DNA of 64,000 nucleotides, taken from Octopus sinensis (taxonomy: Eukaryota). Made by a program: the position numbers and the translations under genes. Location: positions 30,442,001-30,506,000 of the forward strand of contig NC_043007.1 of assembly GCF_006345805.1 (NCBI RefSeq). Reading direction: 5' to 3'. How positions within the stretch are numbered: the first letter of the stretch is position 1; each line of letters opens with the position of its first letter. Of this stretch, positions 23,954-38,696 are shown piece by piece. The notes under the pieces were generated by a model. It did no database searches and was not told the DNA's origin. It saw nothing but the letters and a program-made list of their open reading frames with translations.

Positions 23954-24759
23954 GTAAATATATATAAATATACATAAATATATATGAATATATAGAAATA
24001 GATATGAAAAGATTTAGATTTTGGTTTAATTAAAATCCTTGGAGGAGAAAAACTCGATGGAAACTTGGCCACAATGCTGAATTCAATTGGATAATCATTA
24101 ATTAACTCGATTTACGCCTATAAGATCGATATACAAACATAGATACATACATTATACTTGTATAGACACACACACATACACAAATACACATGTAAGTTTA
24201 TCAATATGTATTTAAATGTTTTTTTTTTCCCTGAGTGCCATATGGGTTTTTATAATAAACATTGATTTTTAATTATTCACATTTTTATTGAAAACTAATT
24301 ATTTGCTAATTTCTGAAAACTATATTTTCCTTCTATGGCATCGGGAATATTATTCAAAAGATACTTCGATTTTTTTTGGATGGGTGAGGTCAATGTATAA
24401 TTATCATTTCAATGTAAAATAATTAGGATTGGTTTTTAAATATTATATATCAGCAACATTAAGTTAATATTTCAAAAGTGGCGAAATGTTTAATCAAATT
24501 TACTTTGAAGAATTCATTTGTTCCGAAAAATGATTAGAAATTTTAGAATATTTATCGAGAATTTTGGTGAGTGAGTGCGAGAAAGAACGTTTAGCTATTG
24601 GACTGACACCAGCTGTTGATTGATAATTTATTTTATCGATTTCATTGATGGAAATAGGTACTGCAACGACGTTTTTGGTAGATTTGAGGACCTGTCAGTG
24701 AAGTGAGAACGTAAGCCAAGCCGTTTTTGTAAATATTATCAGCAACAATAATAATAATA

Positions 24760-24980
24760 GTTTCAAATTGTGGCCCAGAGCCAGCAGTTCATGAGGGGAG
24801 GAAAAGTTGATTGCATCGTCCCCCAGTGCGTGACTGGTACTTATTATATCGACTCCCCCACACCCAAAGGATGAAAAGCAAAGTCGACGTTGGGAGAAAT
24901 TGAACTCAGAAGGAAAAACCGGGAGAAATACTGTCAATCACTTTATCCGGCAAGCAAACATTTCAGCCAGCTCACCACCC
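24760..24980 (-). mobile_element. Degraded SINE family B copy
   Basis: CCCCCAGTGCGTGACTGGTACTTATT...GGATGAAAAGCAAAGTCGAC...TTGAACTCAGAA...GCCAGCTCACCACC. Confidence 0.7.
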
Positions 24981-25020
24981 CGAATGATGATAACGATACT
25001 ATCATATTATATTACTATTT

Positions 25021-25412
25021 TACTTGTTTCAGTCATTTGACTGCGGCCATGCTGGAGCACCACCTTTAGTCGAGCAAATCGACCCCAGGACTTATTCTTT
25101 GTAAGCCTAGTACTTATTCTGTCGGTCTCTTTTGCTGAACCGCTAAGTTACGGGGACGTAAACACACCAGTATCGGTTGTCAAGCGATGTTGGGGGGACA
25201 AACACAGACGCACAAACTCACACACACATATACACACATATATATATATATACATATATACGACGGGCTTCTTTCAGTTTCCGTCTACCAAATCCACTCA
25301 CAAGGCTTTGGTCGGCCCGAGGATATAATAGAAGACACTTGCCCAAGGTGCCATGTTGTGGGACTGAACCTAGAACCATGTGGTTGGTAAGCAAGCTACT
25401 TACCACACAGCC
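25021..25412 (-). mobile_element. SINE family A, near full length
   Basis: High by-eye identity to 43713-44124. Confidence 0.9.
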
Positions 25413-26249
25413 AAAGCATAATTATAATTTCTCTACTGGTCACAGGGAACTATGCTCAAGATACGCACATGCTACAGCAATGGGTTACGAATGCTGTCGA
25501 GAATGTGAGCACACACGCACACACACGCACGCATACACATATTACAAATACATACAACCGCAAAAATCAAATGTAAGCACATACAAACACAGACACATAC
25601 ACACAAACACATCATAAATGCCCTCAGATTCTCACGTTTGGGGAGAAATGTAAATGAATTCTGTGTAAATGGGGAAACTACTTTAAGTTAAGACAAAACA
25701 CAGACATCAAGAGAGAGGAAGTGATGACAGCTGTACAAGCGTTGGTGACGGTGAAAGGTTGTTTGTGAAGAAATGAATTAAGGACATGGAATGTTTTATG
25801 CATGAAAAGCTGAAAGAATAATAGACAAACGTATTTGATTATAAAAGTGGGCGTCCGGAGAAATAGAGAATTGTTTGCGACGTGGGAAGATGATCGGCTT
25901 AAATTCTCTGCGAATGCTGTTCGGAATCATTTCTCAATAGATGTTCAATAATGGGTTTGAGGAGAAAAGATATGGTTGCTCTTTGCCGGATTATTATTTC
26001 GCAAATAGCGTTTAAGTTCCAGAAGGAATGCATGATTTATGATAAGGATTATTTGAATTATCCTGTATTGAACAAATATATGAAACAAAAGAATATTGTT
26101 CGATCATGTTGCGATATTTAATAAAAAAAATCTGATGGGAAACCGACTTAAGTTTTTGAGTGGTCATTGGTAATTCCTAAGCATTAGGACACAACACCCT
26201 CAGCCCATGCATCTTGATTTTAGAGGGTAGTTCTTTGGGATTAGAGTAA

Positions 26250-26285
<36 letters not shown>

Positions 26286-26312
26286 TATACATACATATGT
26301 ATATATGTATGA

Positions 26313-26367
<55 letters not shown>

Positions 26368-26416
26368 AATATGTATATATATATATATATATACATACAT
26401 ATGTATATATGTATGA

Positions 26417-26469
<53 letters not shown>

Positions 26470-26612
26470 ATAATATATATGTATGTATGTATATATAAGT
26501 AACTTTTTTACAGCAGATACTTCGTCAGTCACCAAGTCCCACACAGTTATGTTATTCTGCCAGAGTGTAATATAGCAAAGCATTTCGACTGCACTTAACC
26601 ACAAAGATACGC

Positions 26613-26654
<42 letters not shown>

Positions 26655-27168
26655 ATATGAATGCTTGTTTAGCTATGTGTGATTCTCATCGTCTCAACAC
26701 TAAATACGACTCCACCAAAGTATATTACGCCAGAACAGAAACCACTCTCTTATCTGTTACTTAATATGTTTATGAGCCATGCCGTGAGATTCTCTGGCAC
26801 ATCCTAAGGCAGTACCTTCTCAACCGTGCGTGCTTAGGTTGAGCTAATTATTTTTCATGTCTTCTTTTTAAAGTATATTGTGTCTTACTGAAATTATTGT
26901 GCTTTATATATTTATTCGGTTTAAATCAACTTTTAATACGCTCTTTACCACTCTCCTTATTTCATATATCATTGTCTTGTTTATCCCTAGATATACAAGT
27001 ATTTACAAGTATTTACAGCCTTCTTTTGGACCTTTGTCATCATTAACTTCCTCACCCTCTTGATGTACTTCTCAATTTTTTTCTTTCATTTCTATAGATA
27101 GTATTCTGTCAATTTTGAGTACTCCTAGACACAACCTTCTTCCTTAAATTATTATTATTATTATTATT

Positions 27169-27697
27169 GAGAGAGCTGTGAATGCCATCGAAGTAACACT
27201 GGGGTAAAATATAGAAGCCCAATATACCCATCATGACTACCCCTCTGATAAGGGTCTTAAAGGCACATGCATCACAAACATATTTGCATGACATGATTGA
27301 TTCTCTCATATCAAGATTAACAGCTCATGACCTTGCAGTTGGGGGCCTAGTTAGAATTTTCTTCAGGTCCCAGAATAAGGATTGTTTAAGGACGATAAAC
27401 AAAACACCCATGTTTCCAGAGGTGAATTATTCAAACCCCAAAGAATTCCTCTTAACACATGGCTATGATGCTCCCCACTACTTCTGCTCGTGATCAGAGA
27501 TGCACGTACAGTCAGCCACCAAGGGACATGCTCAACTGGTTATGGTCAAACAACTGACAAGCAAATCTGTGGTATTGAGCAGAATATTTGCTATCGCCCA
27601 TCTTTTATACCAAGACAAAACAATGTACATGATAACACTGCCAATCAGTTAAGATCAGAAGCCATGAGAGCCACTGCCTGGTACTGCATCAGGGCAT
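27169..27697 (-). mobile_element. Family E element, second copy, flanked by (TTA)n on both sides
   Basis: Reverse complement matches 8270-8813 (e.g. GCCACTGCCTGGTACTGCATCAGGGCAT at the end, GAGAGAGC at the start). Confidence 0.75.
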
Positions 27698-27700
27698 TTA

Positions 27701-27736
<36 letters not shown>

Positions 27737-27737
<1 letters not shown>

Positions 27738-28085
27738 GTCTGACTTTTGCTTTTTATTTGTACAAGTTGTCTCCAAGTCTCACCCAGAGACCTCAAGAGA
27801 CAATTTAGACGTTCATGTTGGTATTATGCCTGGGGTGTCATATATATTTTCGTTTTGGACATAGTATTGTTCTAGAGAATGTTCTAGAGAACATAGTATT
27901 CTTCTAGAAAACGTGAAAATTATGAGTTTGTTTTAAAATTTGAGATGACATAGACAGTATTTTGCATAGGATATGGACAGTTCCCATGAGCACTATCTTT
28001 TGAATTTCTGCCATTTTGGTGTTTCCTGGTTAGGAAGCAGTCAGCCCCTTTTGCTATCATTCCCAGGGCACCTATGGCAACAGGT
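27737..28085 (-). mobile_element. R4/Dong-type non-LTR element 3' end (RLE C-terminus + UTR) abutting (TAA)n
   Basis: Minus translation VAIGALGMIAK...KMAEIQKIVLMGTVHIL, matching the IGALG...IQKxxLxGTxxILR C-terminal motif. Confidence 0.7.
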
Positions 28086-28095
28086 ATTGTTTTAG

Positions 28096-28168
<73 letters not shown>

Positions 28169-28179
28169 CAGCAGCAGCT

Positions 28180-28600
28180 TTTATACGAGCTGTTGCAGAA
28201 GTCTCCCGTCACAGTAAGTTGGGCGTTTTCGTATGCATCTTATTTATGATTTTCAATGATGTACACGAAGAATCTGGGAACTAAAATTCTGTTAAGTTTG
28301 TTAAATTTTAGTTTTGATACTATTTTAAAAGAATCAGATGTTTTCAAGGCGAGAATGATTTCCTTCGGATTTGAGCAGTTCCCATGAGCAGAGTCTTTTG
28401 TTTTTTGTAGCTCTGATATTTTGGGATTTCCCGGCATTTGGCGATAGTGCTTAAGACTGTCTTTTGCCGTTGACCCCAAAACTCCGATGATCATACGTAC
28501 AGTTAACCCCCTTATAATTTCCTTATATTTCCTTAATTTTTCAAATAATTTTCCAGAAACGTTGAAGTCTGCTGGGATTGACATATCTGTGAAAAGACAT
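28180..28600 (-). mobile_element. R4/Dong-type non-LTR element 3' end (RLE domain)
   Basis: ORF 28240-28584: DMSIPADFNVSGKLFEKLRKYKEI...MIIGVLGS...PGNPKISELQK, then after a frameshift LMGTAQIRR; contains the DxxxP...EKxxKY and IIGxLG motifs. Confidence 0.75.
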
Positions 28601-29464
28601 ACTAAAGTCTCAAAGAACGGTGATGCTTTTAGTTTCTACTGTTCAGCAGATTTATAAGGTGCAGCAGTAGCAGCAGTAGTAGTAGTAGTAGTAGTAGTAG
28701 TGTAGTAGTAGTAGCAGTTGTAGTAGTAGTAGTAGTATCATCATCATCGTAATCATCATCACCATCATCATCATTATCTTCATCATGGACATCTTAGTCA
28801 TAACAGTTCATACTCCACCGCCTGGGGTGCCCGCCTCTCTCTTCCTGAAGTATACGAAGCATCATCTTTCACACGTGTGGGAAGGTGCTTGTATGCCACA
28901 CCTGTTATTTTGTGAGACTTGTTGGTTTTGGCATTAATTTCTTTTCCGCTAACAAAGACTATGTGAATGGGTTCTGGGTGGTGTTTGCGGCGAATCTTGG
29001 CAAACTTGTAAACAAATATTGGAGATTAGCAAATAATGTGTGAAAATGACTTAACACTGTGTACACACCTTAATACTGCCATTACCTAAGACGTGCCGAT
29101 GTATATTCCGAGCGATAATCTATCAGGTTTTTTTTCATATCATCTTTATATAACATGATTTGAGATTTACATGTGATGCCTTTCTTATTTTAAAGAGAAT
29201 CAGTTACAGCTTGGAAAGCCTGCATAAATATTCCAGAATCTGGTTCTTGGAACGTGTCTCTATCTATACATCTACGTAATTTGTAGATGTCTTTGCAAAA
29301 GACATTGGTACTATTCCAATTGCGCTGATTCTACATAAGATAATAAACGTAATTCTTAGACACTTTGATGTCTTTTAATTAAGAGCTTATTAATTGTAAT
29401 CCGTTTTCAACTCACTTCCCGCGGAACATTATTGTTATTTTAGTAATATTATCTTTGTTCTTTA

Positions 29465-30325
<861 letters not shown>

Positions 30326-31474
30326 TTTAGTAATTATTAATTCACAGACATGTTTGTTGATGCGGACGTGGCACAGGCGAATGGCTCCAGGTTCGATCCG
30401 ATTGTATGGTATCCTGGCTAAGTTAGTTTTATCACGGACTCTGGCTGCACAAAACTTTGTGAATGAAAGTGGATAGATTGAAACAACGTAGATGTCAATC
30501 GTATTGACAGTTTCTATAATTTAAATGTCAAAGTTTCTCACACTGTGTCATGTTGATGAGGCTTGATTATCAAGTTTAAGTTAGACGTGTCACTGGAATT
30601 GTCCAGCCGAGAAGATAGTAATTCAATGTGAATTTATTTTTGGTTAACCGAACGACTGAACACACATCGTCGACACTGATAGAGATCCGTTCGCTGTTGT
30701 CCTTTCTGTTATTAAAATGACGTCAGTTTTATTCTGTGATATCTCAGGAAGTGTCTTTTATACTGAAAATTTAAATCTTTAAAAAAATAACTAATGATTA
30801 TTATTCGCCCATATTCTGCAACCTGTGGGTACTCGATTATTTTTAACAGTTTCAGTTGAAATCGTAGCAATTGTCATTTCGGGATCAATAGAATAAAGTA
30901 TTGATCAATTACTGTTATTAATTTAATCGAAAATCTTTTCTTACAGTACCTTTCCTTGTGACAATATTAGAAATCGTATTTAATATTGGGGTATTAGTGG
31001 AATCGGTAAAGCATCGAATTAAAAATAGGTGTTGATTTACTGGACACATTTCAAGGAAAATTGACCACTGTCCATCCAAAAAGTCTTCCTTCCTCCTCCA
31101 CTGAAACAGCCACTGAATTTGACGAGGCAACTTAGCACCAGTGTCATCCCATGCGTTGCTATCAAAAGACAAAGATTCGCAGCAGATACCAAAACTGGTC
31201 CTCTGACAATTCCATCAATCAATCATCAAGGATTTGTATTTTTGTATCGAAATGATGAAAGGTAAAATTGAGCTAAGTGGGATTTGAACTCGGAGTGAGA
31301 AATTCCAAAACAAATACCATGATACAATCTACCCAACATTGAAATGGTTTCATGAATTCGCATTTAAAGTAAGTACGAATCTATACAAGCGGAAAAAAGA
31401 TATCAACTATTTGCTTTACAAAAGCGCTCTTTCCTTTTTTGCAAATTAATTAAAATTTTCAAAGTATTTAATAG

Positions 31475-31506
<32 letters not shown>

Positions 31507-32034
31507 CGTCTTAATGTTGGTTACTGTTGTCTTTGATGACGATGTTAATATTAATGATGGTGATGTTGCTACTGTTGTTTATGTCGATGATGTTGGTGAT
31601 GATGATGATCTTGTTGTTGGCGGTAATGTTGCAGACTTTCATGTCCTTGTCGTAGTTGTTTAAAAAAATGAAATCAAAAAATGAAAGAAAAGAAGCTAAT
31701 TTCTGTAGATATTTTCATCCAAAGACGACAATTAAGAGATAAGCAGCTGGCTATAAATCAGTTAAATTATTGTTACTCAAGACGTCTGCGAAATAAAAAC
31801 GTTTTAAATGAACCAAATAAAATATTTGCTGCTTTCCTAAATGAAACGCCATTTTCTAATGAATTAGTTTATTCATTTCTAAGTCACAATTTCTTTCTCC
31901 AATATATTTACAAAGAAAAAAGTTTTAATAGAAAATGTCGTATGATGATAGTTAAAATGTTACTAACTCCTTCTGAAGAATAGACATTAATTGACATGAA
32001 TATGGGTATCTATAATAAATATCTATAAATGTGA

Positions 32035-32112
<78 letters not shown>

Positions 32113-32520
32113 ATATATCAGTAAGTCAACTGTTAATTTCTTAATTTGTTCTTACAATATATTTTTATAGTTTTACAAAATGATTGCTTTCATAACTATT
32201 TCCAGAACAAATTTATACATAAGCAATCGTACACACACAAACACACACACACACATATGAATGCACAATTTTCTGCACATGTAATATATACACACACATG
32301 TATTTATAGCTATAATATCCACACACACACATAAATTAAAAGTCTCCAGTGTGTTTTGTTTAATATTTATGAAGCTTTTCTTCTCTAATAAATATTTTTG
32401 CAAATTCTTAGTAATATTAAAGCACAAAACTTTATTGACTTTGCCAATACTATCAGCTCGAAGTATTGACGTTGGCATCTATTTTTACCATTTTATGGTA
32501 ATAGCATTGATTCTTTGTTA

Positions 32521-32660
32521 GTGGTGACGTTACCGCCGTGTTTGAACTTGTTACCGTTCATTCTAGTTTTCTCAAAGCGATTCGAGTAGTTTTGTCATTT
32601 GAACCAATATAATAATTTTACTGATGTTTGACTTATTGCTCTACAAGATTTTTTCCCTAA
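32521..32660 (-). pseudogene. Possible GIY-YIG (Penelope-like) endonuclease relic
   Basis: Minus frame NLVEQ*VKHQ*NYYIGSNDKTTR has GIY-x10-YIG-like spacing; stops present. Confidence 0.3.
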
Positions 32661-32713
32661 TTTGTCGTCTAGCTTTCTGGAGAATCTTCCATGAGTTGCA
32701 TACATCATTTACT

Positions 32714-33240
32714 AATTCTTTTAATGGCTTCAGTCGTAGGAATGCAGCCATGCGATAGCACTGCCCATATTTTCTTTCCGTTTTCTTGTAACTTTATGGC
32801 TGGAAGTTAGTGTATGATTGAAGTTATAGCAACCGATCTTCGCTGATTCTATCCTTGAACTCTAGGCTGCTCTGGTGCCGTCGTTAATGGTTTATCCGAT
32901 GTTTTCTTAAATGTTTCAGTAGAGACCCTTTTTATACTTCTGATTTCTTTATTCCAAAAGTTGAAGACCTCGAAATATCAGACTCGTACACTAGAATGTT
33001 TTTGCTCGTGATTTCGAAGATAGTATGTTTGGAGGCTCACATGATCTACCATTTCGTGCATTACAATGCTCTCTAACCTCGAAGTTTCGAACATGCCCCT
33101 CTAGGATTTTCCACTCATATATGATGAAAATCTTTCAGATGTCCCCAGTAATTAAGGCTTTCAATCAAAGCTATATTACCGGTGAATGTTCTTCATAACT
33201 CTGTTTCTGTTCTGTCGTATGGATTGTTGTACCTGGTTTT
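32714..33240 (-). mobile_element. CR1/L2-group LINE 3' end (ORF C-terminus and 3' UTR), decayed
   Basis: Minus frames RTFTGNIALIESLNYWGHLK / IFIIYEWKILEGHVRNF...CNARNGRSC...SLIFRGLQL / VSTETFKKTSDK..TAPEQP; tail GGGCAGTGCTATCGCATGGCTGCATTCCTACGACTGAAGCCATTAAAAGAA. Confidence 0.75.
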
Positions 33241-33961
33241 TGTCATTCTTTACAGAGGTATTCTTATCTCTGCCCCACTAATGTAAGAATGTAAAGCTAG
33301 GTTTCATATTGAAACAAAAACAACATTACTCATTCCAGACATAAAAGTACAGGCCAAACGAGAAACTTAATGTGCATTCAGGATCTTTGGAAATAAGTGT
33401 TGAACAAAGATCTAAACGACTGTGGACCTGAGTTGGGATTAAGCAACAACAACGACAATCACCACACCAACCAGCTCCATCATCATCATCATCTTCCAGC
33501 AGAACCGATTGAGGAATAATGTAAAAACGTCGTTGAATCTAGAAGTTTTACTGTTGTAAAAAAGCTGTAAACGACTCAGAAGAGAATAGAGCATCGATGT
33601 GTGTGTGTGTGTGTGGTGGTGTGTGTGTGTGTGTTTGTGTGGTGTGTGGTGTGTGTGTGTGTCTGTGTTTGTGTGTGCGTGCATATGTGTATGCGCGTGT
33701 GCACTAAATACCTAATTACCAATCAATTCTAATATTAATCACTTCATATCTGATTACAATTGAAACAATGAAAGCGTAAAATTACGAAAGGCGAAAGAGA
33801 GCACAACACACAAGATGGAAGCGTGGTAGAGTCATCATTCTCTACTTCTACAGACGGCACGTTTCTGTGAGCGCGTAAGCATACATACATATATAGATAG
33901 ATTACATACATACTTATACTACATACACAATGTGTATGTATATGCCTATGTATGTGTGCAT

Positions 33962-34001
<40 letters not shown>

Positions 34002-34093
34002 GTATATACATACATACATAATATGTATGTATATGCCTATGTATGTGTAAATAAATATATATATATATATTATATATATTATATATATTATAT

Positions 34094-34139
<46 letters not shown>

Positions 34140-34562
34140 CATACATACATACATACATATAGACACACACATAACTTTAAAAATGTATATATAAATATAT
34201 AGCTGTGTGTGTGTGCGTGCTAGTACACACACACACAGTTGTGAGCTTGTGAATTCCATCAGCTTGTATTGTTACCACTTGGTAATCCAGCTGATGGCCG
34301 ACCTTCGTGGAAATATGATATCAGAATCATTAAGGTTATTATTGATATTAGTAATTGACAAATTAGAAACACGTTTCTGAATGTGTTCCTTTGTCACGTA
34401 ACTTCATAGAATATCATTTCCGATTCCTTGTTTGTCTTTTACATTTTCCGATGGTTTAAACACTGACTTCAATACGAATCATATTCCAAGTTGCAATTAA
34501 AACTAAGAATTGGTGAGGTTTGCAGTTTCAGAACTCCCAACATAAGTCCCTAACAGATGTGT

Positions 34563-34948
34563 TTATTCTTTTCAACTTTAGGCACAAAGCCCAAAATTTT
34601 GGGGAGGCAGCCAGTAGATTAGCTCCACCTCAGAACGCAACTGGTACTTAATTTATGAGAGGCATAGTCGAGCTCGGCGGAATTTGAACTCAGAACGTAA
34701 CGGCAGACGAAATACCTATTTCTTTACTACCCAAAAGAGGCTAAACACAGAGGGTACAAACAAGGACAGACAAACGGATTAAGTCGATTATATCGAACTC
34801 CAGTGCGTAACTGGTACTTATTTAATCAACCCTAAAAGGATGAAAGGCAAAGTCGACCTCGGCGGAATTTGAAATCAGAACGCAGCGGCAGACGAAATAC
34901 TGCTAAGCATTTCGGTCGGCGTGCTAATGTATCCGCCAGCCCGCCGCC
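34563..34948 (-). mobile_element. SINE family B, dimeric, near full length
   Basis: Two GAATTTGAACTCAGAACG/GCAAAGTCGACCTCGGCGG blocks plus the family head and tail. Confidence 0.88.
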
Positions 34949-35241
34949 TAGAAAACGAATCTTTTTAATTTAAAAAAAAATAATAAATAACATTTTTCAA
35001 AATGTCGTGAATGCATTGTCATTTCTCTTTTAATGCAGCTCCTGTTCAAAAGGCGCTAAATCCATGATCATCCCATCAGTGTTGTATACAGAAATGTTAT
35101 AAATTTAAGTGGGTACGGTATAATTTGTAGGAGATTCAGATATTAATTCCTGCAGGTCTATCGGTCCGAAGTTCTTTCGTTGTGCTGTTCAAACAAAATA
35201 TGTTAATACCCGTCTATATAATATATGCGTATGAGTGTGTG

Positions 35242-35282
<41 letters not shown>

Positions 35283-35639
35283 AATATAACAATACTGACG
35301 ACTTTCTTTGATTTATAGAAAGTGAAAGAGTTAATCGATGTGCATCTAGTGTCCACATTTCTCGCCGTCAATTTTCATTTTTATCAACACATTAAGCGGC
35401 CGTTTGGACACAGGTTATTAATATCCAGAGGCGAACTATTTTGATAAAGTGGATGCCAGAGACAAACCTAGAACCATTCCAACTAAAACTCGGCTTTCTA
35501 ATATTTTGGTAATAGTCTACAGCCGTTCCTGTCTTCTATTTCTCTCTCTCTTTCTCTTCCATACATATGCACACATACATATACATGCACAGATAAGTTT
35601 ATATATATCTATGTGTGTGCACATATGAATGTCTATACC

Positions 35640-35645
35640 CACGCA

Positions 35646-35689
<44 letters not shown>

Positions 35690-35760
35690 TACATATATAT
35701 ATCGCTTTAACTACATACCTACCTAATACCTACATTCCTATCTATCTATCTACATATCTG

Positions 35761-35830
<70 letters not shown>

Positions 35831-35977
35831 ATATATACATATATAAACATATATATATATATATATATAACATATATAAACATATATATATACATATATA
35901 TAAACATATATTAACATATATATATATACATATATAAACATATATATACATATATATATAGATAAACATATATACAT

Positions 35978-36011
<34 letters not shown>

Positions 36012-36033
36012 TATATATATATATATATATATA
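35640..36033. repeat. (TA)n-rich compound microsatellite with TAAACA interruptions
   Basis: Direct reading. Confidence 0.9.
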
Positions 36034-37224
36034 TGGAGAGAGGGTGGGGAGTAATATACAAATAGCACAATATATGTGTGTATTGTTTCCATTTCTTTTC
36101 TTGCCTTCTGTTAAAATGGTCATTTAAAGCAGCGTTTATTTTTCTCTAATGGAAATATTCCGAACATTACATTGTCTTTGCTCTTTTATATTAATGCGTT
36201 GCCTGACCACGTTATTTTATAAAAACCATTTCCTTTCTTTCTCTCCTCCAACCCTTCCTCGCCTCCTCCTCTCCTCTTGCTTCACACCTTTCTTCATATC
36301 CTACAGAAATTTCCCATTAACCGGCCATGCTTTATTCTCTCCACCCCTCCAAGCAAACCATCGATATCCGGCGCTGTACTCTATTATGACCAATATATAT
36401 TCAGATTTTTATTGCTTATCCATCAAAGAATTTAGTCAACAGATTCTGCCCTGCTTTCAGTGGTATAATCTTTAACGATACAAATATAGCCGTTGGGTAG
36501 AAGAACATAATCACTGTTATTTGGAGGACATTGAACGAATATCGCAAGGGAAGGAAAAGAACAAGAATTCAATAACAAAAGAGGAATTAGTATGGCGGAA
36601 TCCATTCGAACAGTTATTAATACGTCGACGGCGATTTTACTCAAGTTTTGTCGCCGATACTATGTGTATAGTGTAACCGCTACGCAAGCACATGATCTGC
36701 TAGAAACAGCAACCAGATCTCCCTGAAACTCCTAAAATTTTCTAAAAGTGGCGAGAGACATATGAGATTATATATTTTGAACATAGGCGGATAGGTCATA
36801 GTCGGAATGTCTTTTATTAGAGTTTGGCTCGACCAGGATTCATCTGAATGCAAACAACAACAACAAAAACAACCGCAACAGTAACAACAACAGTATGCTC
36901 ATTGACGAGATTAAAGTAAGATGATGAATTATTTCGAAATAATTGATACAGTGTTGTCCTATATGTAAACGCCATATACCATTAGCGTTGAGGAATGAAG
37001 TGCTTGGAAAGTTTGCTGCTAAAATAGCCATCACCAGGGAAAAACCTACTTCACTCACTTTTACTGTCCATTCTGCTCTCGTAGTTTGATTGACTTTGCG
37101 GAATTCTAAAACTGTTTACTTGGCGCGTAATGCTATTTTAGTGACTGCAGCGGCACAAGTAGTAGTAGTAGTAGTAGTGGTGGTGGTGGCAGTAGTAGTC
37201 GTTGCTGTTTATGCTATTCTTCCA

Positions 37225-37800
37225 AAACGTTGAGTTGGCAGAATGATTAGCGCGTTGAAAAAAAACGCAACGGTATTCGTTCCAGCTGTTTACGTTCTGA
37301 GTTCAAATTCCGCTGCGATCATCTTCGCCTTCTACTTTTCTGATGTTGATGAATGAAACTACCAGTCAACTCCTGACAATCAACCAATTCCACCCTCATC
37401 AAATTTTCGGCCATTCTTCCCGTGTTAGAAGCAATTATTAAGGATCAGCACCAACAAGAGCGTTGGATGAAATGTGAGGCGGTAGTTCTGGCTCATTAAG
37501 TCTTCAGCCTAAATTCCATCCGGATCACCATCAGAGTTCCTACCTCTACAGACTGGCATCCATGGCACCGACTCACCATTACCCTCATAAGTGCTGGCCT
37601 TGTGCAGAAATTTGAAAGCATATTAAGGTCGTGATGCGCTGGATGCTTAGAGACATTTCTTCCGCACTTACAATTTCCGCCGAGGTCGTCTTTATCTTTC
37701 ATCCTTTCGAGGTCGAGAACTTAAATACCAGTTGAATACTGGGGTCGATGTAGGCGAACACCATTCATCCTCAAATTTCAGACTTGACGCCTATAATAGT
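37225..37800 (+). mobile_element. Two degraded plus-strand SINE family B copies (~37225-37420 and ~37640-37800)
   Basis: GAGTTGGCAGAATGATTAGC...GTTCTGAGTTCAAATTCCGC; CCGAGGTCGTCTTTATCTTTCATCCTTTCGAGGTCG...CTGGGGTCGAT. Confidence 0.65.
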
Positions 37801-37863
37801 AAGGATTATGATTATTGTTGTACAGAAAACTGGATGATTAGAAACCGGAGCGTCTGACAAAAT

Positions 37864-38210
37864 CACCGCCTTTACTTGAACAAATCGACCCCAGAACTTA
37901 TTCTTTGTAAGCCTAGTACTTATTCTATCGGTCTCTTTGCCGAACCGCTAAGTTACGGGGACGTAAACACACCAGCATCGGTTGTCAAGTGATTGTGGGG
38001 GTGGGGGGACAAACACAGACACACACACACATATATATTTATTTATACGACGGATTTCTTTCAGTTTCCGTCTATCAAATCCACTCACAAGGCTTTGATC
38101 GGCCCGAGGCTATATTAGAAGACACTTGCTCAAGGTGCCAATCAGTGGGACTGAGGCCGGAACCATGTGATTGGTAAGCAAGCTACTTACCACACAGCCA
38201 CGCCTGCGCC
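37864..38210 (-). mobile_element. SINE family A, lacking the extreme 3' tail
   Basis: Head GGCGCAGGCGTGGCTGTGTGGTAAGTAGC on the minus strand; body as in the other copies. Confidence 0.88.
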
Positions 38211-38245
38211 TATATATATAAATCATAAAAATAATTAAATATATA

Positions 38246-38331
38246 TAATACCGTACTGTTTCTACTTCGCGGATTTTCACTTATCGCAGAGGTTTTGGAA
38301 CGTAAAACCCGCGATATTCGAATGATTACTG
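38246..38331 (-). mobile_element. pogo/Tigger-type DNA transposon terminus
   Basis: Minus strand TA|CAGTAATCATTCGAATATCGCGGG...CGCGAAG; TA target plus CAGT-initiated TIR with TCGCG motifs typical of Tigger-like ends. Confidence 0.55.
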
Positions 38332-38661
38332 TAGCATTCAAAGACGTGAGTCGATATAACCCCGACCCAGAATTAGTGGTCTTGGACTTACCGTTGGAAT
38401 TGTCTTTTGTTTTATTAAGCCCTAACCGAGTACACCTCTCAAGGAATCCGTCTCTGAAGATACCATATTTTGCCGAACATATCTTGTAGATTCCCCGTCA
38501 GTGGTGAAAGTCATCATTCATGTATTCGACTGAGTCGTAAAATTCTCATGCATGTGGCTGAATATTCCGCAGATACGTGTGTATTAACGTGATTCTGAGG
38601 CGGAATTGACGTGATGCAGTATAACAAGAATTGGCCTTTAAATTGCAGGTTGAGACCGAAG

Positions 38662-38696
<35 letters not shown>

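Noticed and set aside
31475-31663. Asp/Val-rich ORF
   Set aside because: Translation of a degenerate (GAT/GTT)n array.
34256-34297. Small hairpin CCATCAGCT...AGCTGATGG
   Set aside because: Only 42 nt with an interrupted inner stem; too short for a pre-miRNA and plausible by chance.
36432-36644. 70-aa minus ORF (…PPNNSDYVLLPNGYICIVKDY…)
   Set aside because: No identifiable family motif or convincing splice signals.
38394-38480. Minus-strand donor AACG|GTAAGT with upstream frame RGIYKICSAKYGIFRDGFLERCTRLG
   Set aside because: GIY is not followed by a YIG motif, the acceptor is weak and no homology is recognised.
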